Positions 9,901 to 23,429 of a DNA stretch of 30,207 nt are shown piece after piece. Source of the stretch: Geosiphon pyriformis uo1 (Eukaryota; Fungi; Glomeromycota); contig JAAOMT010000545.1 of NCBI GenBank assembly GCA_016748015.1, positions 5,923 to 36,129 of the forward strand. Direction: 5' to 3'. The first letter of the stretch is position 1, and each line of letters starts with the position of its first letter. The notes under the pieces are model-generated. The model did no database searches, was not told the origin of the DNA, and saw nothing but the letters and a program-made list of their open reading frames with translations. The position numbers and the translations under genes were made by a program.

Positions 9901-12004
9901 TTAAAACAAAATCCAAATTAAGAAAATAAGCTACAGAGTCACCCATGGCTTTAAAAATATTAACATTTTTTAACAATTTATTAGTATAGACCAAAACATA
10001 TAGTAAACCAAAACTAAACAAATTATTTTTAGTCTTTATAAAATTTAGAGAATTCTGAATATTACTACTACTAAAAATCACAATTAGAAAGCCAAATAAT
10101 ATACAATTATTTTTTATACTATACTTTAAAAAATCAATTATTTTTTTAATTAAATAAGTAATAGTCCATAAAAGTCAAGTTTTTTTCAATGCTTAAAGGT
10201 TTTTTAATCAAAAATTGAGCTTTTTTTGTTTGAAAACTATAAAATAAAAAAATAAAAAACTTTTCTCTCTAAGAAATTTGGGATATAATAAAGAAAAAGT
10301 TTTTGTTTTTTTGAATTGCAAATTTTTATTTCAACCATTGTAAATTTGAAATTTTTATTATTTTTATAATTAATATGTCATATATTAAAAATTTTTATAA
10401 ATAATAAGTACATAAAGATGTAAAACAGTTACAAACTTTTTGAAAAACTTTTTACGTTGCAACTATTAATTAAGATAAAATTACAAATGTAAAAAGTTTT
10501 TTGCAAATTTATAACTTTTTTAATTTAATTATTTTTTAAATTTTTTGCTTTCAGAAATGCAATTATGTTGACAAAAACCTTAAACTATATCATTAAAAAC
10601 AAATAGATTGATATATTGAAATATTATAAGCCGATTAAAAAATCAATTAAATTGTTATTATTACTTTTAAATTTTTAGACAAAAATAGTATATTATAATA
10701 ATAAAATTCAAAAATATATAAAAACATACAAAAAAATTAAAAAATAATTTTTTTATTGTATAAGCAATTATTATTATGTAAACAAAATAAAATATAATTT
10801 TATTGTTAATTTTTATTATTGCAGCAAAAAGTTATATTATAGAAATTAAATAAAATGTATACTTTTGTAATACTTTAATTATATATAAAAACAAAGTTAT
10901 TTTAGCTTTTCAAAAACAATATTTTAAAAAACAAAAAAATTTAAATTTAAATTTTTTGAATAAAACACATTTATAAAATCAATTTATTGTTTATTATTTT
11001 TAATTCTTAACTTCTTTTATTTCAATTTAAATGACTTTTGAAATAATAATTTTTATTCAAGATTAATAACATTGTTTTTTAATGTTATTTTAATAAATAT
11101 TTTCAGTTTCAAATATTTTTTATTTTTAGACTGAGATTTTAAAATTCAGACATTGTATTTTAATAATTAATTTTAAAAAAAATTGCAAATAAGTTTTTAA
11201 AAACATAGTAATTTCAATTTTCACAGAATTATTAAATAAACACACAATATTTGAAAGAATATATATTTTAATTTATTGAAAAACACTATTAAAAAACACT
11301 ATTTTATAAATTTATTTAGTATTTAGTATTTTATATTTACAGTTTTAATACAATTTTTCAAAATTAATCTTATTTGTTGCAGAAAAAAATTATTTTGTAA
11401 TTACATGTTAGAAAAATACCGAATATCAATCTTGTAATATTATTTGCAATTAAGCGAAAATTTTTTTTATAAAACAAACGTAAAAATTGAAAACAAATCA
11501 CAATAACCAAAATTTGATAATTTATTAAAAAATTTTAAGAATTTGTAATAATTTACAATAAAAATTGTATTTTAATAAATTTTAACTAAAGTAATATTTT
11601 ATTGTTATATAATTATAACTCTCAATTATAAAAACACAATTATTGTTAATTTATATTTAATGTTTATTTGCTATATTTATAATCTTATTTTTTTAATTTA
11701 AAATGTTTTATAAAAAAATAAATATTTTGCAATACATACAAAAATAACGAAAAAAATAAATACTTATTTTAAAATTTTAAAAACCAATTGGTATTTATTT
11801 GAAATACAACTAAGATATTAATTGAAAATATATTAACCAAATTGTAAAATTAATTATTAATTAAATAATTAACCAAATTGTTAACTTAATTATTAATTTG
11901 AATATTTAGTTTTTATATGAGATATACAAACAAAATCTTTTACTGTTGTAAAAAATATTAAGCAAAATAATTTTTTTATTTTTATATAGTATGCATAAAA
12001 ATTA

Positions 12005-12535
12005 CAACCACAACAACAACGAGCATTTATCCAAGAGCATTTTATGCAAGTCGTCTTTTAACTGCAAAGATGGGTTAATTTTTCAAAAGGGTAGTTTATT
12101 TAATTTAAAAGTAATTAATCATTAATTTAATTATTATACAATATATCAAAATTTTACACTAATTTCCTTTATTTTATAACAGAATTAGTCTATTTTCCTG
12201 AAGGTTGGAAATTACATATAAAATTAATCAGTAGTAACCGTAAAAGAAAATTTGGAAGGCGACGACTCTACAACAAAATCTTTAGAAAAGGTTTTTGTGA
12301 ATCCCGTAGGAAGATTTTTAAAATATATTCAATTCCATAAAAAAACTAATAAACCCAAAAGCCTCGACAACGCCAACGAGCATTCATCCAGGAGCGGTTG
12401 ATTTTTTCTAAAGGTTAGTTTATTTAATTTAAAAGTAATTTAATTCATCAATTTAATTATTATAAAGTATATTAAAATTTTCACTTTAAATTATTTTACT
12501 TTTTAAAATAATTAGTCTATTTTTCTAAAGGTAAA
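12005..12535 (+). repeat. Diverged direct repeat pair (~12005-12205 and ~12365-12535)
   Basis: CAACGAGCATT(T/C)ATCCA(A/G)GAGC ... AAAGG(G/T)TAGTTTATTTAATTTAAAAGTAATT ... AATTAGTCTATTTT(C/T)CT(G/A)AAGGT occur twice, ~350 bp apart. Confidence 0.85.
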
Positions 12536-13842
12536 AAGTTGAACAAAATTGAGAATATGTGCAATTGATCAACAATCTTATTTTACTTTACTATAATCTT
12601 TAGACGACTCTTTCATAAATCTAATCGTGATCGGACATCATAATTTTTAGTTTCATAAGTGATAAAAAATAATATTTCCTCCTGTTGTAGCTGTTGTTCC
12701 TGTTTTTTCTAAGTTTAATGTTTCATTGTTTGCTTGTTGAGTTAATCCAATATTGTAAATTTCTATCTAATCTCAATCATGTTGTAGGATATTGTCCGAG
12801 TGTAGTCACAATTATTAAGTTTTCCTTGAACTCTTTTTTGATTAAACAGGTTTAACTATATAATTAAATAATATAAATAGCTTTAGTACACAAAGACGCC
12901 TCCCGATAAAAGGCTATGATTTAATTCTAAATTTTTTACTTATAATTTCAGCATTTCTAAAAATCTTTATTATCCTTAGCAAATCATTAAAAAATAATGA
13001 ATATTAAGTTTTAAAAACTTTAAAAACTTAAAATTTTATTTTTCTTTCAAACTTTAAAGTTGGGAAAAATACTTATCATGTAATTTTAGAAAAAATACTT
13101 TTAATTTCATTAATAATGAAACTTATTAATTTTTTAATTAAAATGAATTTATTAGAATTTCTTCATATATTTTTATTCAAATTTTCTAAACATTTAAAAA
13201 GGCCTATCTTTTAAAATAAAACATTTTTTATTTAAAATATAACCTATAAAAGTTATTAATTTATTTACCAAAAATATATTATATTGAATGGTTTAATATA
13301 TTAAAATGTTTTCAGAGTAGAAAATATCTAAACTAAATTATAAATTTAAAAATTTTAGATTATTCGCCATGTTTAAAGCTCTTTACTTTGCTAATTTAGA
13401 TAAAATATATTAAATTCTTTTTTATTGTGATCAAAAAAAATCTTTTATTTTTAGTTTAAAATTATAATTAAATTTGAATTTTTATTTATTAAAATACTTG
13501 TATAATTTATTGAATAACCAATTTTTAAAAAATAATTGATATTTATTATTAAATTTTTTAAAAAAATATATAAAAATATAATAATTATATTATTATTATT
13601 ATTATTTATTAAAAATTATAAACTATTTTTCTAACAACTATAATTTAAGACCAATTAAATTAAATAAATTCTTTATATATTTTATTTTGTTCTTTTTTAA
13701 GATTTCTTTTAATTAAAATTCATATTGTTTTAATTATTTTAACTTTAATATTTGTTATTTTAACATGTAGCATAAAAATAATTTTCTTTATAAGATTGTT
13801 TATTTTGTTAATTTTTTTAATTAAGTCTATTTTAAAAGCAAT

Positions 13843-13843
<1 letters not shown>

Positions 13844-13885
<42 letters not shown>
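13844..13885. repeat. (AAT)n microsatellite
   Basis: Seen directly. Confidence 0.9.
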
Positions 13886-13887
<2 letters not shown>

Positions 13888-15508
13888 TAATTGTAATAAG
13901 TAATAACTTTGTTTACTATTTTTAATTAAACATCATTTTTTTTGACTTTTAAAGATATAAAAACATGAAATTTTAACAAGAAAATAATATAAAAATAATA
14001 TAAACTTAAATTGGTTTCAAATTAACAGCTTAATTTGATTCTGAAATTGGAAAAAATGCTAGCTTATAAGATTTCAATGTATGTATTTGCATTTATTTTT
14101 TCACCATTTTTTTTTGTATTTATCACAAAATGATAAATGGTTCTTTTAATCCTCTTGCAAAAAACATTTCAAAACCATCATAAATTTGTCGTTTTTTTTT
14201 GTAAGTAAGAATTAAGCAATCACCATTAAACTTTTCTACAGCGTGCTATTAAACTATTGGTTGTCGTAATTGCTTCTTAATTTTCCACACTCGTTTCATT
14301 AGAGAAGATAACTTTTTGTCCAATCGTAAACGGTTTTATGTTTATTTTCCTTACGAGTATAAGACTTTTTTGATTGTGATACGTGAGTGAAGTTCCGAGT
14401 TGTAAAGTACATTTTGCAACAAGTAATTAAAATATATAAGATATTTGAAATATTGATAAGTGTAAGAAATAATCTCAATCATACCTAACATTTTCTACGT
14501 GTACTATAGAATTATTTTGTGACATAATGTTTTCATTAAGAAAGCTTTAACTTGATAGAAAATTTTGCTCATGGATAAGGAAAACTGAAAATTTTGACCC
14601 TCTTTTCAGCGGCTCATTATTTAAAGGAAAATACTGGGGCTAGAGATAACTTCAGTTCACAATTGGTGCCGATGACTCATTTTGGAAAGAGCAATTCCTG
14701 CACTAGTTTTTATTTTTCAAAGAGAGCTAGATGAGAACCCTTTATTGAATTCTTTTCAACTCAAAATACAGTGACGAGAAAACTAATCTTTGATCGAGAA
14801 TTCTCGTTTATTTGCAACCGAGAAGTTAATATCTTAAAACGCAAATTATTCATAGAAAATTTTTAAGTGAATGTGGATAAAACAAACTGAAAGGTATGTG
14901 TAAAACTATTTACAAATAATAAAGAAATGGATTGCATAAGGTGACGATATTTAAGGAGAATGTGGTGAAGAATTATTAGAGTGATTTTGATAATGTTGGA
15001 GAATTTAATTATGAAGACGCATATAGAAGTTGAGTTTAGTTTTAAATTGTTGGTCTTCATAAGGTGGTTCAAAGATAGTTCAGAAGACTGCGAAATTTAC
15101 AGGAGGGATTGAATGGGAAAAATTCATTAAAAAAAGAATGTTAGAGTTATTAGAAGGAATTTAATTAAAAGGGAGTATAAAGTACACATGAGATATTAAA
15201 ACATTTAAATGATAAAAATGGTTTGAGATTATTAGAAAATAATGAACAAAGAAAAGAAAGAAAAGCTATCTTACAAAAAAATGTGAATGGAAACTTTTTG
15301 ATAATGTCTCTATATCCTAAAATAATACCCAAAACTACCCTCTATAATTTTTTAGGCCTCCCAAACTCGCCAAATTGGAGGAGATTTGTGTAATTAAGAA
15401 TCTGAAGGAATGTGGGATAAAAAGCTACTGAATTCCTTGTCGCAGTATTTACAATTATGGTTCCCAAGACATACTTATAGGTGAATAACAGATAAAAATG
15501 ATTTGTTA

Positions 15509-16889
15509 TTATACAGATACTCTTACGGACATTTGTGTCAATTCTTTCACATGTTCTGAAAGACGTCCTTGCAATTTTCGCAAATTTTCAATCAAACTGG
15601 GCATCTCATCGACAGAAATTCGCACATCTTCTCGGCGTTTTTTCTTGGTCGAATTACCGCTAACTTGAGAGCCAATACTGGTTCGTCTCAAAAAATACAA
15701 ATTATTCCAATCGTCTATTTTAGTTGGCTTCCTTGATGGCACATCAAGCATCTCATTTTCTTTATTTTCATCTCCAAGTTTACTAGCAGCGCATCCTTTT
15801 GGAGTCACACTTTTGGGATCATAAGTGGTTTGATCATCGTCGATAAATTTGCGTAAGACGGTTAAATGTCGTTCTGTCGACGTTTTTTTGACGTCGAGTT
15901 CCATATTTGTGCTCCCATTTAATTGAGGTGGTTGATCTTGAGCTACCTCCGAGATTTCAATAATTACGTTTGCCTGGTCCCAGTCCGACTTGAACATATC
16001 CTCAAGATATCTTAGTTTCTTTTTAGCTGAATCAGGTCGTGGCAAGCCAACTGGCCATTTTTTAGATGAAGTTACCCTAGAGGATAGAGTCATTTTCTTT
16101 TCACGCAACTTTTTTAATTCTAATTGAAAATAGTAAGGGTGAGGACTGAGTTTAAGCAAATCGACGTGTGAACATAAATATTTCATTCAAAACTTACCAT
16201 CGATTTGTGAATGAAAATCCTGAATGTTGGAAATATCCATTCTTATTAATACTTGAGATTCTGCAACCATTGAAGGAACCTTAACATCTTCCGATTCGAA
16301 ATCATCATCCCAGGTTTCACTTGCAGTAGCTAAATAGCATGGAAAAAAGTTTAGAAGCCAAGAATAAAATCAATTTTTTTTTGGTAATACAATACAATAG
16401 AAAGATGTTCACTCACGTTGTCGATGATAAAAGCTTTTTGGTAAATCTTGAAGAGCAGTTTGAGGAAGTGACATAGCACGATTATGGCGACGATTTTGTG
16501 GTGTGCTTATAGGAACAGGTAATGAAGACCTGTGGATAGCAGTTGGAGAAGGAAAATCCTCACTGTCTTTATTCCAATCCTCCTCCTCGCTATCCTCTTC
16601 GAAATCTTGAGCAAAGAAGCTTGTTTTTATTTGTGGAATCCCTTCTCTCATCACTCCTTCATCCACCTCGACTACCGTTTGTTTCTGTAGGCCATGACAT
16701 ACAAAGTCATTCGTTACTGACAACGATGAAGAGTTCTCCCAGGTGGTAGGACGGTGTAAATTTGGTGCGGAACTGCAAAGTCGATCGATCACAATACTTG
16801 TGACTTCTGAACAAATAGAGGAGCTATCGTCATCGATTGTGATGTTATAATTATTATTATTGTTGTTGTTGTTGTTGTTGTTGTTGTGG

Positions 16890-16933
<44 letters not shown>

Positions 16934-17363
16934 GCTGTTACATGGTTGAACAATTGGATGAACGGCAGACGGGGAATGAATACATTTCGTCGAAGATATC
17001 TTTGAAGATCTTTTTTTACTTTTGGAACGGAAAAGTTTAAAACGCCGTTTTAATGGACCTTTTTTGGACAAATCCTTCGGAGATAACGAGGAGATTGTAA
17101 TATGTTGATGTGATTGTGGCAATTTATTTTTTTCTTTTGATTTACTATCACCATTATGACATGCAAAGAATTGGCCTAGACTGGTCCCCGTAGCAACCGA
17201 AGTCGAGGACAAGATTAACTGTGAAGTATGACATTGAGAATAGAGGACATAAGAATGTTAGTGCCCAGAAGAGGAAGGGTAACCGAAAGGTGATTATTAG
17301 GTTTCAAAGGGAGAAGTTAATATTAAATAGAAAAAATTGGCCTACCGAGCGAACAGCGCACAT
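15509..17363 (-). CDS. Uncharacterised ~520-aa protein; exons 17363-17346, 17218-16417, 16329-16198, 16119-15509
   Basis: ORFs 16409..17212 and 15509..16186 join in frame through a 132-nt middle exon (PTASETWDDDFESEDVKVPSMVAESQVLIRMDISNIQDFHSQID|ELKKLRE). Introns: 16416-16330 (GTGAGT..CTAAC..TTTAG) and 16197-16120 (GTAAGT..ATTAG), both phase 1. Upstream acceptor ACTAAC..CACAG at 17219 and a phase-0 micro-exon ATG TGC GCT GTT CGC TCG|GTAGG. Total 1563 nt = 521 codons. The first exon is less certain than the rest. Confidence 0.85.
16849..16932 (-). repeat. (AAT)n(AAC)n coding microsatellite, poly-Asn tract
   Basis: Encodes the long Asn run in exon 2. Confidence 0.95.
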
Positions 17364-18343
17364 ATCAATGTTCTTTAAAATACCTCAAAACCGTCGATTG
17401 AATAATTGTGGTTAGCAATAAAGCAGACGATCAAACAATTCAGAGGGTTAACTTGGTGTAATCAATCTCCCACGTATGGTGAGAGGTTAAAAGCTGTAGC
17501 CAAAAAGAGCCCGTCTTTTAAAAGTAGTAAACTGGATGGTGATGAGGATAATGTTGTTGTTGTTGTTGCGCGAAATCAAAGTACAAATTCGTCCAAATTT
17601 TTCAAGCTAATATTAGGGTTGTGAATAAATGATTGCGGCGTTGCGACAAGATTACAAGGGCTTGCAATATCGTTTTCTGGTGTTTCAAGAATTGAAGACA
17701 ACTGTAATTAAGTAACGAGAATAGGTCAATTAAATGGGTAAAAGACTTCTGAAGACCAGTAAGAGCCTTAAATAATTTGTTAATACTAGTATATTATTAG
17801 GTATTTTTAATTTTAAGAGAAAATACGAAAACGGGATATAGAAATGAGATTATATTTTTTAATGGAAAAAAAATCAAAAATTACAAGAATTAAATCGAAC
17901 AAACTGATCAAATCTCTCTTAATTTTTCATTTGAATCTTTCGTATATCAAAAGCAAAGAAAGGAAAGAGAAAGAGAGAAAAGATTGAGGGGTCATAAGAA
18001 AGCGAAAGTGATGGTCAAATATAACTAAAAAATGGGAGATTGGGTAGTGATAATTATGAGTTTTTGGTGTTACATTAAAAGAGTAACTTTGATAAAAACC
18101 TTCTCAAAGTTTAGCTCGTACAAACTGCATAGATGATAGTATAAACACAACATACAAATTATGTAGATACAGAGATGTGAAAGAAATTACGGGTAAACAT
18201 ATTTTTAAAGTTTCACAATTGCATTAGGTGTATCAGGTATGACATTCGTAAGCAGAATGGCGATCAGAAAAAGAATTAAAAAATAGAAATGGGTAAAAAC
18301 AGACAGAATTTTTCAAAGGAACAAAAAAATATTGAATTAGAAA

Positions 18344-18344
<1 letters not shown>

Positions 18345-18382
<38 letters not shown>
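18345..18382. repeat. (CAT)12 microsatellite
   Basis: Seen directly. Confidence 0.95.
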
Positions 18383-19286
18383 GTGGTTTCATTAAAAAGT
18401 GATGAGGATTATGAAAATAAGAATATTTAATCAAGGTATCAATAGTGGTATAGCTAGTGATTCTCTTAAAATATACCTCCCTATATCATTATTCTCATCA
18501 ATCCAAAGAACAGACAAACGGAATAAATGTGAAGATGAGTAATGGGTAGTATAATGATGATGATAATGATGATTATGATGATTAAATTAACGCTTCAATT
18601 TTAGTACCAGTCAGTACATACCTTGGAGGAAAAACTCAAAAACTCAGTGAAAAGAATGAGGGAAATGTGTTCTTTTGAGAATTGGAAATGACACTGCAGA
18701 ACTTTACGAAATAAGGAAAATAATGGGTAATTAGGGATGGATGGATATTGATGATGGGTATGAAATGATATTTGAATAAGCTTTTGCTTCTGGAATAGTC
18801 CTTTGATATTTTTAAGAAAAATAGTTAATCCAAAAAGGACAGATGGGCATTAAATAATGGCTGAGAGTTGCAGCTATTTTGCTGTTGTCACTCTGTGGGA
18901 AATACCAACAATGAAATATGTTTGTGTTGCTAAAAGCAGGTGACGTAAAAAAGAGTATAATGAGGAAAGTATTTTCGAGTTAAAAACTCTTTGCTTTTTC
19001 CAAAGCTCGTAAAAAAGTGTATATATGAATAATAATATTATTAATAATATTAATAATAATAATAATATTAATTAATTAATTAATTAAAGAGGGTAATAAT
19101 TTAATGGATAAAGTTCGTGGGGAGATTTTAGCAACAACCGACTCCCCAAAGGGCTTAAAAGAGTGAGGTTTAAATAGAATTTGAAAAAATTTATTTCAAT
19201 GATTTATGAATGAATAGGAAATGAAAATGGGAATTTTTCCAGAAAGCAGTTCACAGGGTGTAAATCATGTGGGATGATTAACATAA

Positions 19287-19312
19287 CCCCACCCCCCCCC
19301 CCCCCTCCTCCC
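19287..19312. repeat. Poly-C tract (C4-A-C14-TCCTCCC)
   Basis: Seen directly; unusual in this AT-rich background. Confidence 0.9.
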
Positions 19313-19747
19313 TAATTGAAGAATTTCACGTCGGGATTTTTTTGCCGTTTTTGTCAAACCAGAAATGAAAGAGGAAATTTGCGATCGTATAGGTTAAAAT
19401 AATGGGAATTTTTGTAAAATAATCATTTCAATATATTAACAAATATGATATATGAGCTTAAAATTTTACTAGCATCAAGATTGATATTAAGGAGATCAGC
19501 AACGGGAAGCGAGAATCAAGGAATCAAAAATGCATTTTTAAAGTTTAAAAAGAGATTTACGATACATATCATAATGACGACCAAAGGGGAAATAGTAATT
19601 GATTTGAAGAGGAATTTTTTGACATCTTACCAATGGTTGTTGGAATCGGGATCAACAAAAGAGAATGCAGAGTTTGTATAAATTTAGTTTTTTTTGTAAT
19701 TCATAAAGATTAGAGTTCATAAGTATCACTAATCTTTTTGTTCATTA

Positions 19748-19829
19748 ACATCATAATCATCATAATCATCATAATCATCATCATCATTATTATTATTATT
19801 ATTAACATCATCATCGTCATCACCATCAT
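19748..19829. repeat. Compound (CATAAT)n/(CAT)n/(TAT)n microsatellite
   Basis: Seen directly. Confidence 0.9.
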
Positions 19830-20166
19830 ACTCCTGAAACACAACGGGTGAAAATCTGTGGGGGTGTTGTTTGTGGACTTCACCAAGTTTTATTCACTAT
19901 GTAGAACAAAAATATTTTCATAAAAAAGGTAGAGTAGTACGAAAGGAGAAACCAATTTCTTGGGTTTATGTGTTCTCAAAAAAATTTTTTAAGTACTTGT
20001 TCAAATTTGGAAATAAAAATAATTACTATTGGGAATTCGATGAAAAAGTTGAATATATTGATAATCTTGTAAATATTTATTTTTTATCTCTACGAGTTTC
20101 GTCTGATTAATGATTAATAAGTGTGCATGAATGTGAGACACAGTATTAAATTAATAAAAACGATAA

Positions 20167-20203
20167 AATGATTAATGATTAATGATTAATGATTAATGAT
20201 TAA
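20167..20203. repeat. (AATGATT)5 heptamer repeat
   Basis: Seen directly. Confidence 0.9.
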
Positions 20204-20597
20204 TAATCTAAAATGCTTGGTATAAATAATCGCAGAATCAATTAAAAAAAATTCGTTTCCTTCTGATAATTATGATAAGAGTATTTATAAAATTCTAAAG
20301 CATTTTTCCTAATAGACTTAACTGAGAGGTAATAGGTAATTTATTCTCACTTTATTAAATATTAAACATGAACTGCGACGAAAAAAAGATCTCTTGAATA
20401 ATTTTTCTTTTCACTCAAAAGTAAAGGGGTGTTTACTAACTCAAAAAGAAAAAAAATGTGGGAAATTTACGAAACGCGTGCTCTAGTTCGTGAAAGTTAA
20501 AATTTTTTTATTTTTATCACATATTTTTTGTATTATATATATATATATACATATTAAGTTCATAAAAAGTCTCCCAAACCTAAATTAAAGTAGTAAT

Positions 20598-20640
20598 TAA
20601 CTGACTAACTAACTAACTAACTAACTAGCTAGCTAGCTAA
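20598..20640. repeat. (CTAA)n(CTAG)n compound tetranucleotide repeat
   Basis: Seen directly. Confidence 0.9.
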
Positions 20641-23429
20641 ATAATTAATTAAATAATTAAATAATTTATTTATTAATAAACTAACAAACTAAATTTTAAA
20701 AAAATTGTCCTTCCTCAAATTTTATGCGGGTAAGTTAAAATTATCGAAATTAAGGGGTATGAAATACAAGAATAGTCTCGGCCTTAAAAAATCCTAAACT
20801 ACAAGTGAAATATCCATCTTTGAACCAATTAATCTGTTTAAAGTGTTATTGTTGTTCTTTTTGCTGTTCTTTGGTTGATTTTTGAAACATGAAATAAAAA
20901 GAAATTTATATGTTTTAACGGTCGGAAAAATGAAATATAATTATTTTTGATGAAAGATATTCCTAGTGGCGACATGATTTTCTTCTCTTTTCATAATAAT
21001 AATAATAGAGCCAGTCGGTTGAAAAAAACGTGACTCCTCGTTAAAAATGATTTATTTGATGGTTCGATGTATCGAGGGTAACACGTAGACAAAGCAAAAG
21101 CCTTCTTTACAGTGTCACAATATGAAATTCTTTCTATTTACGCATATCCAAAATTAATTTTCTGCGAGTTTACAATGTAAATCAATAATTTCGAGAAATA
21201 TTTTTTTGTTAATTTGAACTCTGAATAAATAAAATAAATAAATAAATAAAAACATGTAAAATAGCCAAGTCTAATTCGTGATACGAAAATATCGCACAAA
21301 TTTTTATGAAAATGAGAATTTGGATTATTAAACAAAGGAATATTCTATCTTTAGAATATAATTCCTTCGATTAAATTTAATGATCGTCAATTATAGCTAT
21401 AAGTTTGGTTTAAATAAATAATACATGTACATGTATTACTTTCTTGATTAGTGTAAAAAAAATTGTGAGTGTGAGAATTTAATGCACATTGAATTATTAT
21501 TACCAATATCCAGGATGAATCCCGAATTTTGAATTGAATGAATTTCAAAAGGGTCGAATTAAATCCTTTACCTAATGACTCAAAGATTGACTTCTCTATT
21601 AAACTTTCACTATTTGAATCTGAGAATCAATATTCTTTACTCCGTTATTTTATTCAATAACTCTTTATCTATTCTTAAATAGTATAAAAATAGTCTATTT
21701 ATATTAGAGTTACATTATCAATTATTTTTAAAATAAATAAATTACTCCCTTCCATTGAACTTTCTAAAGAATCATTTTTTAGATTCCTTATACGTATCAC
21801 ATAACATTCTAAGAAATCATTATATGATAATTTTGAAAGATTTCTCAATAAATTGAAAAAATTCTCATATCTAACTTTGTACGGTTACATTAATTGTAAA
21901 GAAAAAATTGTTTTACAAATTTTGAAAAACCAGTTCACATATTTGATATTAATAAAATAATGGTCTTAATAATAAGCAAAAAAAATTGATTTTCATTCTT
22001 TATGGCTCAAATAGAATAGCATTTGAATGAAATGATTAATAAAAATTTAAAAGATTGCTTTGTCTAAATGGAGAAATTCTTATTTAATGCTCTTTTTTTT
22101 TTTTTTTTGGTATTAACGTTAATCTAATAAATTATGATAAGTTTAATACCACAAGATTTTTATTACTAAATTATTTCGAAATTTGTTACTTGACAAAAAA
22201 TATTAGATTTTATATTATAATATTTGGTCATTTTTTGAAATATATTCTATACAATTAACTTATAATTTTAATTATTAATTTAATTAAGCTAAATTTATTA
22301 TTAAAAAACTTCAATATATAAATAACAATTCATTTATTTTAATTTTTAAATGATAAGAATCAATTATAATGAGAAAAGAAAGAATTATTTATATTATTAT
22401 TATAAATTATAAAATGAAATTAATTTTCTATTTTTTATTATTCATGTCTTTTGTTCATAAACTCTTAAATCTCGATTTAATGAAATCTAAATAAAAACAA
22501 TAAGAGAAAATAATTTTTTTTTTGATATTTTAAAATTTTCTGTTAAATAAATAGAAAACAATCATTAAAATTTAAATTAATATTATGAGTTTAAAAAAGA
22601 AAAAATTTATAAAATCTATACATAATTAAAAAATATATGCTAAAATATTAATCTCTAATATGATTTTTACAATTCTCAATTTTCAAAACTTGATAAATAT
22701 AATTTGTTTATATATCAAACAAATTAATCTCAAAAAAAAAGTAAAAAATTCTCAAATTTAAAATAATTAAGAAAATGAAAAATTTCAAAGTAAATGTCGT
22801 AAACCTAACCCTTGATTCGATCACAATTACAGATTCAATCTTTCATTTTTAATAGGATTACTTTGTTCAATAGAATTATCTATCTTTTCATTAACCAAAA
22901 TAGGTAAAAGGTCTACCCAAAATAAAATAAACAATTTATCTGTCAAAAACAACCAGTTTAATTAAAATTTTAAAAGTTAAAAAGTTTTTATATTGATACT
23001 AAAAAAAATTTTAATGTCTGATAAAAAATGCTTTAATTTCATTTAGTCAAAAAAATATCTTCACTAAAAATTGAGCATCTTGAAACTTATTAAATGGACT
23101 CAATGTTTCCCATCAATATTCAAACTCTTTAATATAAATATTCATATAATGATTAAATTCTAGATCAAAGATAACAACAAAATTGGAAGGAGAATATTGG
23201 CAAAAATCATCATTGGGAGAAGCTAAAGATCTTACAATCATTCGACAATGGCTAAAGAATATATTTATTGCAAGAAGAGATGTTGTCAAAGCATAGAGTC
23301 ACCGATTAAACATTATTTTTCTTTGTTTTGTTTGTAAAAACAAAGAAGACTTAAAAGAAGTATGTGGTTGGATGCTTATGTCAATATTCTATTGTTTGAA
23401 ATTTTAATAATAAATTTCTGATTTTAAGA

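Noticed and set aside
9297-10081. Two minus ORFs with similar snippets (FGLL...MLN.K), possible old ~580-bp duplication or Sel1 relic
   Set aside because: Only two short matches with inconsistent spacing in very AT-rich DNA; cannot be separated from chance.
16543-21335. Short ORFs 16543..16749, 17221..17415, 17406..17624, 19445..19681, 19871..20110, 21138..21335
   Set aside because: Antisense to the real gene or short, with no motifs or convincing splice structure.
23050-23150. Minus-strand WETLSPFNKFQDAQFLVKIF as the missing second half of the Gypsy chromodomain
   Set aside because: Only a vague resemblance to WEP..NL.NA...V..F; the YLV.WKGY core is absent.
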